Origin: Octopus sinensis
Lineage: Eukaryota
DNA length: 64,000 nucleotides
Direction of reading: 5' to 3'
NCBI RefSeq assembly: GCF_006345805.1
Contig: NC_043001.1
Location: 45,880,001 to 45,944,000 of the forward strand
The translations under genes were made by a program, and so were the position numbers. Numbering within the stretch: position 1 is the first letter of the stretch; every line of letters begins with the position of its first letter. Under the pieces are notes generated by a model. That model was not told the origin of the DNA. It searched no databases and worked only from the letters and a program-made list of their open reading frames with translations. This document shows, one piece after another, positions 21,841-36,117 of the stretch.

Positions 21841-24630
21841 AAAATCACATACTAGCAACCATAACTCAGTCCTTTCCCAGAGAGTATGTTCCATTAGAGC
21901 TCTCATTATTATTATTTATCATCTCACCAACTCTGTTACTAACCTCACTGGACTACCCAACCTCTTCTATCTCACACATTTAAGTGGATAAAAGTTTCCC
22001 AACTTCCATCCACTTGTTGCTAGGGACAGAAGTTATCATATTTAATATTGTGCTGGTGATATTTATTCAGCACACAATTATGTAAACTATTATAAACATG
22101 GCCAGTGTTATGAAATTTCCATTTAAGTAGCTATTACACCTCACTGTATTACATGAGCCAGTGAGGTTGCTTCCATATGCTCAAGAAATAGCAGTTAAAT
22201 TCCCTCAGATCATACCCTATTGCCTTAAATAAAGGAGGATACATTAGCCAATGATCTACAATATATAAAGGGACAGGTCGGTTATAGATAGATACTGCTG
22301 ATCCATAGGTTTGCATGCATGCACACATACTGACAAACATCACAATTTTTCTCAAAAGTTTCAAGTTTCATTTTGTAGATATATGCAATGGGTGTCAGTA
22401 TGTATTTGTGTGTGTGTGTCCAACAATTGTTATTTTTATATTAGATTCCAACATAATTGCAATATACACACTCTGAAAGATATTTGTAGAAAATTTTATA
22501 AGAAGATACCCATGTTTCTGAAAGTTATGAAGAAGCCAACACATGTAAATTTTCCAAAACTTCTTTCCCAAGCTCTGAAAAAAATTTTCACAATAAATTC
22601 TGACACAATTGGAATGTACACCATCTGAAGTGTATTTGTAGAAAATTTCATTAAAAGACATCCATCCATTTTTCTGGAAGTTATGAGGAAATGAAGTCAG
22701 GTAAGGGGCACACTTGTATAGGTATGCTGTTAGATTTCATAAGGCAAACATAATATATTTTTCAGATAATTGGTTTAACCCATTTACCATATTCCTGTGG
22801 AAATATGCTGCCTTTATTTCAATTAATTTTGAAAATAACAAGGAATTTAGTAAAATTACTTTGTTGACATTTTGATGGAAGGTTTTAGTTTGGATCACTT
22901 TAAAACAGCAGGTTTGTATCATAAATCCAGGGCAACCTCAGATTGGTTTAACCCTTTTGGTACCAACCTAAGTTAACTGTTATAACCAAATTCTCTACAA
23001 TTCCCTATTATAAAGTTATTTTTCCCCATCAGTGATTTTTACTAAATATATGCCAAAATTTCCTCAATTAAGGGAATAAGTTATAATAAAATTATCTATA
23101 TCCTTCGTAATCTCTCATGGGACTCTGGAGTTCCAGGAAATCCCAGCTGGAAAATTCTGCATTTGGTAATGGTAGTTCTAGACACCCCTAAAATGATGGG
23201 AAGATAGTCGTGGTTGGAATATCTTTACTTGTAGGTCTGCTTGATCAGTCTTGACTTGGGGCTAAACAACAAACAATGTAAGTATGAATGATGTTTCATC
23301 ATGTACTGCCACAAGTCTACTTGATCACAGATGGCTCAATAATGTACACAATACAACCAACAATTTCACAATACCATCACCACCACTAGCATGAAGTACC
23401 CCTATGGCCACTCAAGTTGGTACAAAGTGCTACCAAATTTTCCTCAAACCCTACCCTACTGTCTTGAAAAAAGAAAGAAGACAGATAAGGTAAATGCAAC
23501 CCAAATTAACACTTTGGAAACAAAAATAAATGGGATACCTTTGTTTATAGGAATGCTTGGTCAGGATTTACTTGGGGTTAAAAAGTAACACTTTATCCAC
23601 CCTCACCAATATGAGTGTTTCCAAGTAGATATTCAACTTGCTTGAAATAATAGTAAATCTATCTCATATTATATCAATGTCTTAAAAAAGAGGTAAGAAT
23701 GTAGCCTTAGATACATTATGTTTGAAAAAGAGAAGATGGAATAGTCATAACTAGGCTTTTGATCATAATAGGTCTGCTGGATCAGGGATCATTTGAGGTT
23801 GAAAAATAACAATAACATGCTCAGACGTCCATGTTGTATCTCATAATATAAAAGCACTGCAAGTTGTTGGAGTGTACAATATGGTCTTGATCTGGGACTA
23901 AATAACAACAAATGCTTTAAGCATGTTGAAGTGAACAGTATAATGCTCCACCATAAATTGGTGGATCACATCTAGGTACTGTCTGAAAACTGGATCACAG
24001 GTTACCTGCAATGCTAAAACAACAACGAACAATTATAACAGAAAGAAATATATGCAAATGTTGAATTTCTTTTGGTTAATTTTTGCATTATTTTTTTTTA
24101 TAGTTTGTTAATTTTTTTTACTGATTTATTTTAAATTTTTATTGTTTTTATCTGCCATCCCATTTAACCCCTTCTTGTCTTATTTTATTTTGCTAGCATG
24201 GTTTGGATTGATCTTTCAATATTTGCATTCACATATTTTCTTTTTTTTTCTTTTTATGTGTTTGTCTATATATGAGGAGCAAATAAATTTTTTTTCCTTT
24301 ATTTATTTTTACAGTTGGATGCTCCTTTTAGAATCACTCAACTGTGAAGCAAATATTATTTTTGTAGTAGTACTTTTGGCTAGTTTTGTTTTGTTCCTTT
24401 TTGTTTTTTTGTATTTTTATGTTACACAGTGTTGAGTTTTGTAAAAACTGCCATTCCTTTGAGGCAGGCACCGCAGGTTGCACAACACAACAGCTGTATT
24501 AATATAAACCAAGTATGTCTGGAACATGTCTTTGTGGTTCAGTAAAAATCCAGTACACTTTTAATCTCGCAACCATTAATGCTTTCTGGGGTGGGTTTAT
24601 AAAGTGTGTGTGTTCCTGTCCTTCTGTCTG

Positions 24631-24661
<31 letters not shown>

Positions 24662-25264
24662 GTAACATGTTACACACACACACATTTAAATGGTGGGGTA
24701 GATATTATGCCATACAACAGCGCAATAAATAGGAAATCAATTGTTTGACCATTTCTGATCAGAGGAATCAATCAAGAGGGTTGGGGGAAATCAGCCCTAT
24801 TGACCTCAAGGCGTATGTACGCAGGTGTATATATGAGTTTAGAATGTGAAATCACGATGTTCGTAGCAGAATAAGCGAAGTTAAATGATCTCTAGTACAC
24901 TGCATACTCATGCCCATCTGGAGTTTTATATAACTGTGTGTGTGAAAAAAAAATATATATATGAAACTTTTACAAAGAAAAGGTTGCCAGTGTGGTTTAA
25001 AAGTTTCAGTTTGGTCACCTTTGTCAGAATTTTGAAGGTGAGCAAGCCAAAACTTTGAAGTAACTGTCAGCCTTTTCCTTGTAAAAGTATAAAGTCAAAA
25101 TTATTTTTATATATAACTTGGCATAAAAACAAATGATACACACACACATACACACACAAATATATATCTTGCTTTCAGAAACATATACACCTGCAGCAAG
25201 GCCCTTACTTCTTACTCCAAGCTAAGTGTTCTGTTTTGGATAGGTTTTATTTTATTATTATCAT

Positions 25265-25720
25265 TATTATTATTATTGAATGAGAGAGCAATGCATGCTA
25301 TCAAAGTGACACTGGGGTAAAATTATGAGACCCAATGTACCCATCATAGCTACCTGTCTGATAAGGGTACACCAGGCACTGTATCACAACCATATATGCA
25401 CAACATGGTGATATCATATCAAGATAAACAGTGCATGACCTTGCAGGAGGGGCCCAGTTAGAATTTTCTTCAGATTGAGTAGCCCATCCTGCTGAAAAGG
25501 TCCCAGAATGAGTGTTGTTTAAGGATGATGAACAAAACACTCATGTTTCCAGAGGTGAATTATTCAAACCCCAAAGAATTCCTCTCAACACATGGTTATA
25601 ATGCACTCTCGTTACTCTTGCCTGTAATCAGAGATGCGCATATCGTCAGCCACTAAGGGAGATGCTCAACTGGTTACGGTCAAGCAACTGATAAGCAAGT
25701 CTGTGGTATTATTTCTATTA
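25265..25720. mobile_element. Unclassified interspersed repeat
   Basis: 25575-25655 matches 29264-29342 (ctctcaacacatgg...cagagatgc.cata..gtcagccactaag). Confidence 0.55.
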
Positions 25721-25721
25721 A

Positions 25722-25925
25722 GGTGGTGAACTGGCAGAATCATTAGCATGCTACATGAAATGCTTAGCGGTATTTCACCCGTCACTACATTCTGAGTTCA
25801 AATTCCGCCAAGGTTGACTTTGTCATTCATCCTTTTGGGGTCAATGAAATACTAGTTGAGCACTGGGGGCGATGTAATCAACTTACCCTCTCCCTAAAAA
25901 TTTCAGGCCTTGTGCCTATAGTAGA
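25722..25925 (+). mobile_element. SINE family A
   Basis: ggtggtgaactggcagaatc...gagttcaaattccgcc...ggccttgtgcc. Confidence 0.8.
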
Positions 25926-28608
25926 AATTATTATTATCATTCCTTTTGGCTCTTTTCATTCCTTAAATCAACTTTGCCTATCATCCTTCTGCAGTCAAGA
26001 AAATAAATAGTAGTCAAGCACCAACTAACACTCTACTCTTCAAAATTACTGGCCCTGAGCCTAAGTAAGAACCCAAGTCAGAAATAGTAAAGGGCTGACT
26101 TAAATACCTAACAGTACCTCTTCATTCAGATTTCTAACACTACTGTATGTTGTTTTGTGTCTTATTCTGCTAGTAAGTTGGGTGGTGGGGGTAGGTTTTT
26201 GATAAAATAAGCACCACTTATGGACTGGTATTGATCTACACCCCTTCACAACTTATTATTACGGGGATGGCGAGCTGGCTGAATTGTTACTATGCTGGAC
26301 AAAATGTTCAGTGGAGTTTCCTCCAGTTCTTTACATTCTGAGATCAAATTCCACTGAGGTTGACTTTGCTTTTCATCCTTTTTCAGGGTTGATAAAATAA
26401 GTACCAGTTGGGCACTGGGGTCAATGTAATCAACTAGCCCCCTCCCCACAAATTTCAGCCTTGTGCCTATGGCAGAAAGGATTATTATCATTATGTTATA
26501 TAGATCAACAGTGGTAATTAGCAGCAGCACTGTAAAACTGATGAGTGTTTCATTGACCTATGGAGCAGCTTCAACTTCTCTAGCTCTCACTCAGCCGGAA
26601 ATATCTAGTAGCTATGTAAAGCTAGCCACATGAACCTGTGAATACTCTCATATTGGTGTGTGTGCATGTGTGTGTGTGTGTATCATGCTTTGTGCATTAA
26701 AAAAACAACCTCCAAAAAAACAAAACTGTAGAGGTGGCTCTTCCCAAGACTGTTAGACTATTACTCCTACAACCAAAGTAAAGTTCAGAATTTAAACTGT
26801 GTAAGTCTACCTTCCTTTGGTCTACATTACTAAGGCTGAGAGGTGAATACTAACATCTGAACATACACAAATACATATTATATATTTATATACATACATA
26901 TATATATACACACACACACACTATTTATATATCATATATGTATATATATATCTTTGCATGGTCAAGAGACTCACTTCACAACTACATGATTTTTGGTTTA
27001 ATCTTTTCACACAGAATCTTGCACAAGTGCCTTCTTCCATTGCCTTGAGCCAACCAAAATCTTGTGATTGAAATTAGATGGAAACTGTAGAACTTCATCA
27101 GCGTGGTCATACATGCTCTTGGCTACTAGCCAAGGTTCAACCTGGTTACCCAGTTAAACAGTACCATTTAAGTGACACCTTCCATTTGACGATAACTTCC
27201 TCCTTTCCTCCAATCAGTCACAGTGGTACTAAAGAGAGCCAAGGGTACTGCCCTATTTCCTAAGACTAAGCCATTATAATAAAATGTATGCGTGTGTTAT
27301 ATGGATGATTCATTGTCGGTTTTGATGATGCAGGTTCAACTGTTCAAGCAAATGAATTAACTGCTCCTGAATTAACGTATAAACTGGTCAAGCATTCTAA
27401 ACATGCATACTCTTAAATGTAATTCTCAGGCTCAATCAACATGTGTGACAAGACTGTAACTTTGAATTATGGTTATATTCCATCCAATGAATTTCTATAC
27501 AGTTTTTGCTTTCACATTTTCACTCATAATGTATGGTGGGTGACCAAAGACAAGAGAAAATGACATTTGCCAAGGATGTCATGCACTGGAGTTGAGCACA
27601 AAATGTCATGGTTGTGAAGTGAACTTCTTAACCATTTGGCCATACTGTGCAAAAATATGTTGATAGCGTCCAGGTTTGTAGCTTGGATCTCATTCCAAAG
27701 CAGTTGTAGCTGATGGGCAATCCCTCACAACTGAAGAAAGTCCTTAATATGTGATGTAAGAGATCAGTTCTTGGTGCATTGAGTTTTATGTGTTATTTTT
27801 TTTTATACCAGTATTGAAAGATGCTTCACTTCCCCTAATGCTGCTTATGTCCTTGGGGGTAAAAGACATGAACATCACAACACAACATTTTTCCATTTTA
27901 TAAAAGTTTAAGATCTTTGTGCTCAATAAAAAGAAATTATTATTATTGTTGTTGTTGTCTTTTGATTAGTTTTTTTTAAATTCTTATATTTGATATTGAC
28001 TTTGATTTCTTAATGAGTTTTTGGTTATTTTTTTTAATTGTCTTGTCTTTTTATGCCTTTTTTTACTTCATCACAGAGAAAGAGAGAAAGAAAGTGAGAA
28101 AAAAAGAAAGTAAGAAAGAAAAAGATAACAGTATATGCATGTGTAAGAAAGAAAGATATATATATATATATATATATATCTGAGAAAGAGTGAGAGAGAG
28201 AGAGAGAGAAAGAGTAAGAGTGAGAGAAGGCTAGTAGTGGTAGTGGAGGTGGTGGTAGTTTGATAGTTAAAGTGTCAGAAGGAGTGAGCGTGATGAGGCA
28301 GCGCGGAAGAACAAAGAAATAGTCATCGGAAGAACAATAAGAACAACATTATGAAAATATCAAAAAGTATATTTAAAAAAAAATATATATAAGTTAAAAA
28401 ATCTGGCTGTGGAGGCGCGGGGGTGTCGCGGCTGCTTAGGTTGGTTGAAAAAAAAAAACAAAACAAAACACACTTTCAGTTCCAATCACCCTCAATAATT
28501 AAAGAAAATTATTAAAAAAACAAAAAAAAAATAAATAAAAGATTTTATAAATATTGCTCTTCCATAATTTCTGCATAGGTACTGCCTTCTGGAATTCTAC
28601 ACAAATAT

Positions 28609-28709
28609 TCAATTCCATTCAACCGAGTACCCCACAGACAGTGGTCTTTTTCTTTCTGCTTGTAGAATTTGCATTGAAGTGTGGTTTTCATTGTTATTGA
28701 TTCCTGGAA
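28609..28709 (-). CDS. Candidate terminal coding exon, product unknown
   Basis: Strong acceptor tcttttattttattggcttttcttccag; phase-1 frame (V)PGINNNENHTSMQILQAERKRPLSVGYSVEWN*; followed by UTR-like low-complexity sequence. Confidence 0.4.
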
Positions 28710-28845
28710 CTGGAAGAAAAGCCAATAAAATAAAAGATTAATAATAATTTATAAATTTTTTTAATGGGCAAAATGATCAATTAATATCCCCCATTCAAAC
28801 AAAAGCAAGGAAATTTTTGTACAAACATACATAAAAAAACAATAT

Positions 28846-29072
28846 TTAATCATTTAACATTCACATTATTCAGTCAAATATAACGCTTATTTATTCACAT
28901 TGTTTTTGAATATATCCTGCATTATATTGAAGCCTTGAGATTTCAATGATGAGACTTTATTTTTGGACTGACATAGTAGAGTAGGTATGAGAAGTCGGAT
29001 CTGGTCAGTTGGACTATCAAACAAGTAGAATATTTTGATTGGATATGGCTGGCTTAAATGCTAAAGGGTTAA
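28846..29072. mobile_element. TTAA-flanked MITE (piggyBac-like)
   Basis: Right end tgctaaaggg-TTAA, left end degenerate; homologous to 38263-38489 (inverted) and 55235-55445. Confidence 0.7.
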
Positions 29073-31395
29073 CTGCATTTGCTTGGTAAATAATTTGAAT
29101 TGAGATTGAATCAAAATAAGGACATTGTGGAGGACACATACACTAACTGTGTGACACAATTTTTCTCCTTTGGATAGCAACTGTTATTTCATATTTGCTT
29201 ACCTCTTGAAAGTATGAAAAATGGCAAATATTTTCAAGTTTTGTTTTTGTTACATTTATTCAAACCCTCTCAACACATGGCTATGATGCTCCCACACTAC
29301 TTCTGCTCATCCTCAGAGATGCACATATTGTCAGCCACTAAGTGGCTTCTAGCAGCAGGAAGCCTGAACTACAATGGGCTTGTTCTACAGAGTACTTTCT
29401 GGTTACTTTTGGGTACCCCGTAGTACTTGGCAACCTGACTTGCGCCAGTGCCATATAACAAGCACCGAGTACACTGTGTAAAATGGTTGGCTTAAAGAAG
29501 GGCATCCAACTGTAGAAACTATGTCAAAGCAGACATTGGGACTTAGCACAATACTCTGGCTTACTGGTTCCTGCCAAACTGTTCAACCTTATGCCAGCAT
29601 GGAAAACTGATGTTAGATGGTGATGATGGTCATAATGATGATGATTATTTTGTTATTATGTTATATTAAGGATTCAACACTAAATATTGTGAGGGACTCA
29701 CTTGAGGATAAAAAAACACATTTGGGAACTGAACACAGAATGTGAAAAAATATAAAAGAAATATGGAAGAGGCTTCATTCTCCTCACTATGAAATATACA
29801 GACTTATCAAAAGTAAATAGACACCATCATGTTTTGGAAGCTTTATTTCTAGAAGTAAAATAATATAATTTGATGGATTTAAATATTTCATCTAGTATTT
29901 AGCAGACATGCCTTGTGTAGTTTTTAATGATTTAACCCATTTGGGCATCGTAGTAATGAGAAATTTTGGAAAATAATAAAACAGTACAATGAGGAGTGTC
30001 TATTTACTTTTGAGATGTTTGAATATTATTATGAACCAATGAAGGAGCACATATGGAGACGCTCAAGGTAAATCTCTCTCAAACCCCACCCTTCCTGTCT
30101 TGGAGAAGGGTGATGATAATGACAACCACCACAACTACCACCATCATTATCATCATCATCATACATATCTGTTTTCCATGCTGGCATGGGTTGGACAACT
30201 TGATAGGAACTGGCAAGGTCAGGGGCCACATCAGGTTCTATAGTCTGTTTTGGCTTGGTTTTTACAGCTGGGTACCCTTCCTAATGCTAACCACTTTAAA
30301 AAGCATACTGGATGCTTTTTACATGGCATCACCACCCACACCAATGCTTTTTATGTGACACCTTGGTTTTAGGATCACAGTTCCAGCTGTTTCAAACTAG
30401 CCAAATCCACTCAATGTGCCTGTTTTCCCCCACCACCACCACCACCACAACTCCTCTGCCTATCTCCTCCTCCACCAAGAATAGTCTTTAGCTAATTCTT
30501 CCTTTCTAGAACTACTACATTCTTAAACTTCATTCAGTCCTCATCGTTTTCCCCAACAGGCATCAACTAGCAGAAGTTTATACTGCATACCAGTTACCTT
30601 GTTACTACCAGTCTGGGAAGGCTTTCTAAATGTTATGAGGATGTTCTTTACTTCTTTGAGGGAGAAACAATAAGAGCCTGTGTGAATATGTACGTGTGTG
30701 CATGTATATGTTTTCTAACCTAATCTTTTTTACATTACTCCATCATCATCTTGATTTGTCAGTGAATGGGAGATAGCTTTGATAGAGAAACATTAACAAA
30801 AATCCATGAAGGAGTGAAGTTAAAACACCAGATACTGGGCCCTCATAGATATGACAAGTGGTTGCTTGACCCTCTAAATATAGCGGCCATATATCCCTCA
30901 ATAAATACCTACTGTCCTAGAAAAGGATACACCGGATAATGTTATCTTGGACATGAGATAACATAAAGCGCATGAAGAAAAGATAGGATGGCCACTGATG
31001 GAATGTTTTTGATCATATGTCACACTTCAATGCAAATTAATTAAAGATCATATGATAAAAGTGTTAATATGTTTGTCAGACAAATCTGTCAAGCATGTGG
31101 CAGGGTGGAAAGATGAACCTTTAAAACAGTGATGAAACTCACAAATAATCCATAGAACAAATTACTGAAAAGATTCTCTTCCTATTCATTAGCACAAACA
31201 ATCAAACATTATTCAGGTACACATGAACCACACTACCCTTACAAATCAAGACAAATCACATTATCTCCACCCTTAAGCTTGCTTCCTACCACATGAGTCA
31301 GAGTTCAGTCCCATTGTGTGACACCTTGAGCAGGTGTCTTCTACTATAGCTTTGGGCTGCCCAAAGCATTGTGAGTAGGAAACTGAAAGAAGCCT

Positions 31396-31432
<37 letters not shown>

Positions 31433-31434
<2 letters not shown>

Positions 31435-31672
31435 TTACAAGATAAGGGCAGAAGAAAAATTCTAATGCCAGATACGCCGAAACAAAAAATTTGTCGATAA
31501 CCATTAAATTTCTTGTGAATTAACCCCGAAATTGGACCAATACGGTAATAACGAATTTTTTAGAGATTTCTATCGGTTTGTTTCGAGACGCATAAATTTA
31601 ATGGTTATCGACAAATTTTTTGTTTGGGCATATCTGGCATTAGAATTTTTCTTCTGCCCTTATCTTGTAAAT
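31433..31672. mobile_element. Fold-back MITE with 79-bp near-perfect inverted arms
   Basis: 31433-31511 versus 31594-31672: reverse complements with 2 mismatches; sits next to a (TA)n run. Confidence 0.85.
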
Positions 31673-32720
31673 TATGTATAAATTTTACCTTTAAAGGCAT
31701 TTTTTGATATGCTGGCCATTGATAAAAATTTTTTTATCCTATATCAATTATATATATGTATGTATATATGTATGTATGTGTGTACATGTGTGTGCGTCCC
31801 TTTGTGTCTGTGTTTGTCACTAACTATTGCTTGACAACCAATGTTGATGTATTTACATCCCTGTAACTTAGTTTGGCAAAGAGACCAATAAAATAAGTAC
31901 CAGGACTAAAGCAAAAAAGTACAGGGATGGATTCATTTGACTAAAATTCTTCAAGTGGGTGTCTCATCATGGCCAGAGTCTAATGATTGAAACAAGTAAA
32001 ATATAAAAGATACCACACATATATAAACACATATTCAGCACTTTCGTTCCTCTGTAAGGTTCACTCATGTGGTGTCACTTTTTTTTTTCATTGTACACCC
32101 ATATCTACACAATTAGATGCACACTTCATTTTGGTTGACTCTCTAGAGTCAGTCCAGTTTGTTAACAGATAAGAACAAGCCCTGACAGGGAGTAGGTGTG
32201 TGTGTGTGTATGTACACTTAAGGATAAGTGCCTTGTGGTGATGCCTGCAATGTGAAAGCAGTGTGTGTGTATATAGAGAACAAGAGCTTAAAAAAAAACC
32301 CATTCAAAGCAGACCTACAACAATAAAAGAATTCATAGAAGAGGCTATGCAAAACTGAAATGTATTGGAAACTGATGCACTGCAAATCTATATCCAACCC
32401 GAAGTAGATTAGAAGGAACCACCCGCCCCACCCCGAAAAACTCCCCAAAACAAAACTGTATATGTAGAACTGATAATGATGATTGTGATGACAAGGAGGA
32501 AGAGTAGGATGACTGCTGTCGCTGGAATTTCTAGACTTTCTAACACAAAATAGACTTTCTACATTAATATATAAGATCTGATATATTATTCATGTGAAGC
32601 TAAGGTGGGTGATTTGAAAGAGTGTCAGCAAGCATGGAGCCAGGGGTGGTGCCACAGAAGCTTTTATTGCTTTGGTTATTTCTTTTGTCTGTTATTGTGT
32701 GTGTGTGTGTGTGTGTGTGT

Positions 32721-32967
32721 GAGTCTGTGAGTGCAGGTGTGGGAACAGTTCAGCATAGCACTATTACTAAAATCAATATTGATTAATTTTTGACTAGGCA
32801 CAAAGCCAATTCACTGTGCATGTGTGTATGTGTGTGTGTGTGTGTGTGGTGTGTGTGTGTGTGTGAGTCTGTGAGTGCAGGTGTGGGAACAGTTCAGCAT
32901 AGCACTATTACTAAAATCAATATTGATTAATTTTTGACTAGGCACAAAGCCAATTCACTGTGCATGT

Positions 32968-32990
<23 letters not shown>
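32721..32990. repeat. Direct tandem duplication, period 144 bp
   Basis: gagtctgtgagtgcagg...ttcactgtgcatg occurs identically at 32721 and 32865, separated by (TG)n. Confidence 0.9.
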
Positions 32991-32998
<8 letters not shown>

Positions 32999-33394
32999 AG
33001 TGAGAGAGAGAGAGAGTACATATGTGTATGTGCGTGTGTGTGACGGGAGATGGGGTGGGAGAAGTCACCTGAATCAATCCCACTATATCATATGTAGTTA
33101 TTTTATCAAAGCCAGACATAAAAGTTCAAGGTTTGTGCAGGATTTGAACTGGGTGCCTAGCTGAACAAAACCTGAATAATTATATAAGTAAAGTAATGGG
33201 ATACTCCAGCACATATCTAAAAAGCATTTTCTCTCACCTTAAAGCTTACAGTATTGATTTGAAGTCCATTATGTGAACGTAACTTGAAAAAGGAGGGGAA
33301 TACTCCACCAAGCTGATTTGCAAACAAAGCCTTCAGTTTTTCTACTACAACACAATAGGTTTTCCTGCAACCCAATGACTGTCTATACATGGCC

Positions 33395-34020
33395 ATGAGT
33401 ACTTTGTATGTTACTTTGACTACCCAGAGATTGTTTCTGCAACCAAACAACTTTTTACAACCAAAGAGCTTACAGTATAACCAAATGACTGCTTCTACAG
33501 TCAAATGACCTTCAATATGACCAAATGACTGCTCCTATGACCAAACAACTGTTCCTATAACCAAATGACTTCCAATATGACCAAACGAATGCTTTTACAA
33601 CCCAATTGTTGTCACTATAACTCAGCAACCACCTTTACACTCCATTTGCTTCTTCTATGACCCAAGATTACTACAACCCAACAACTGTCTCTTCAATTCT
33701 AATGGTTACTATTATAACCCATGACTACCTATATAACTTGATAGTTGTTACTATGATCTAACACAGTGCTTTTCAAACTTTTTGCTGGAGCGGAACCCCA
33801 AGGAAACATTCCACTGGCTCGAGGAACCCCTGTGCAATAATTTAATAGTCTTATGCACACATATCTGCACAGGAGAATTAAAAATTACTGCCGATTTTAG
33901 CAGTTTTGTAACTTCTTGTGGAACCCCTGGACTGTACTGTTGGAACCCTGGTTGAAAACCACTGATCTAACAACTGCCTCTGCAACCCAGTAGCCACCTT
34001 TGGGGGACCAGTGACTATTA
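33395..34020. repeat. Degenerate ~20-bp minisatellite (a.aaccaaa.gact...) interrupted by a hAT MITE
   Basis: Units such as ataaccaaatgactgcttct, atgaccaaatgactgctcct and atgaccaaacaactgttcct. Confidence 0.7.
33764..33964. mobile_element. hAT-family MITE
   Basis: TIRs cagtgcttttcaa / ttgaaaaccactg; exact 8-bp TSD ATCTAACA at 33756-63 and 33965-72. Confidence 0.9.
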
Positions 34021-34522
34021 CTACAACGCTTTCCTCTCAAAAGCTTTAGAAATTACAAGATTTACTTATAAAATCAAAAATTCTATCAGATGCAAAAATG
34101 AAAATAAAATGAAATTTAAAAAGTAATTTCTTTCTTCTCCAAATTTCTATTATGAAACACAACTGTAAAAGGACAAAACTAAATACAGAAAGGTATTCAG
34201 TGCATTACCTCACCATTTCTGCCAAACTCCACAATCATCCTTTTGTTTGTTTGTTTGTTTGTTTGTTTGTGTTTGTATGTGTATGTGAGAGCATGCATGT
34301 GCAAGTATTGGTGCATATAGTACTAACACGTGATGTATATGAATGGTGTTTGTATTTCTTTGAGCATGTGTGTGTGTATGTGTGTGCATGTTGTGTGTAT
34401 GATTGTGCACTGTATATGAATATTTACATGAGTCTGCATATGCATGAGTATGTATAAGTGTGTGCATTCATGTGTGGATGAATACATGTGCATAATTGTT
34501 GGCATGTATGCATGCAAATATG

Positions 34523-34555
<33 letters not shown>

Positions 34556-34825
34556 AAGGTACCATTTGCATGAACACATACAAGTGAGCATGTGTACGCA
34601 TGTGTTAGTGCCAGTACATTTCCAGTAAAGTGCTTTTACCATCAACAACAACAAATGCATCAACATCATCAAGAGAAAAAAAAACAAAACAAAAATAACA
34701 AAAAACAAAAACAAAAACAAACTATTATACACAGCTCAGTGATGATGTGTTTAAGAGTTGATGTTGCTTTCATTAGGTTAAAGAAAAGAGTGAGAGAGAA
34801 AAAAGAGAAAGCTCGCTAGTTAGAT

Positions 34826-34857
<32 letters not shown>

Positions 34858-34979
34858 AGGGAGAAAGAGAGAGGGAGAGAGAAAGAAAAGTAAGAAGTAG
34901 AAAATAAAAGAAACTGCAGGTGTTAAGAAATAGTCAATTTGAAGAAATTTAGTGATGAAAACAACAATAATAATAATAT

Positions 34980-35014
<35 letters not shown>

Positions 35015-35713
35015 ATAACAACAACAATAACTAATTGCAACAAAGGGAACAAAATCCCTTGTTGCTACATTATAAAGAATGAGAATAGTGTGTGTGTGTG
35101 TGTTTATATATACACACAGAGATAATGCATTCTCATTTAATAATAATAATAATAATAATATAATAATAATAATAATTGTTGTTATTATTATTAGTAACAT
35201 TAATAATGATAACAATGATCAGAGAAGGGAAAGCATGATGATGTTGAGACAAATATATAAAAAAAATGAAACGAAATCAGAATGAAGATGAAAATGAGAA
35301 AAAGGAAAAAAACAACAAAAAGAAACATGAAAAAGAAAAGAAAAAAAAAGCACAAATAGGGATCAAAGAAAAGCTGAGGCAGGAGTGAGGTGGAGGTGGG
35401 GGTGAAGAAGTAAAGAGTAAGGGAAACAAAGAAAAGAAAAAGAACATGAAGAGAGAAGGAAAATATGATATGAAAAAGAAGCAGAAGATAAAAGGAAAGA
35501 AATTAAGAGAAGTGGGGGGGGGACATGAAAAGTGAGAGCAACACTCCCCCACTTCTCCACCCCCGCCACTGCCAAATGACTGAGGTTTTTGTACAGGTTG
35601 GAAGGAATGATGTGAAGAATTGATTTTTAAAAATTGATTTTAATGGTTCCTCTACATTGGCATAAGGCTTGTTGAGGAACTGGGTATTTATATATACATA
35701 TACATACACATGT

Positions 35714-36075
35714 GGAGGCACAGTGGCCCAGTAGTTAGGGCAGCGGACTCGCGGTCATAGGATCGCGGTTTCGACTCCCAGACCAGGCGTTGTGAGTGTT
35801 TATCGAGTGAAAACATGTAAAGTTTCACGAGGCTCCGGCAGGGGGTGATGGCGAACTCTGCTGTATTCTTTCACCACAACTTTCTCTCACTTTTTCTTCC
35901 TGTTTCTGTTGTATCTGTATTTCAAAGGGGCCAACCTTGTCACACTTCCTGAGAACTATGTTAAGGGTACACGTGTCTGTGGAGTGCTCAGCCACTTGCA
36001 CGTTAATTTCACAAGCAGGCTGTTTCGTTGATCATATCGACTGGAACCCTCGTTGTCATGACCGATGGAGTGCCA
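35714..36075 (+). mobile_element. tRNA-derived SINE (family C)
   Basis: A-box tggcccagtag and B-box ggtttcgactcc; body shared with 36118-36425 and 52415-52712. Confidence 0.85.
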
Positions 36076-36117
36076 CGATACATACACATCATATATATAT
36101 GTGTGTCTGTGTGTGAA

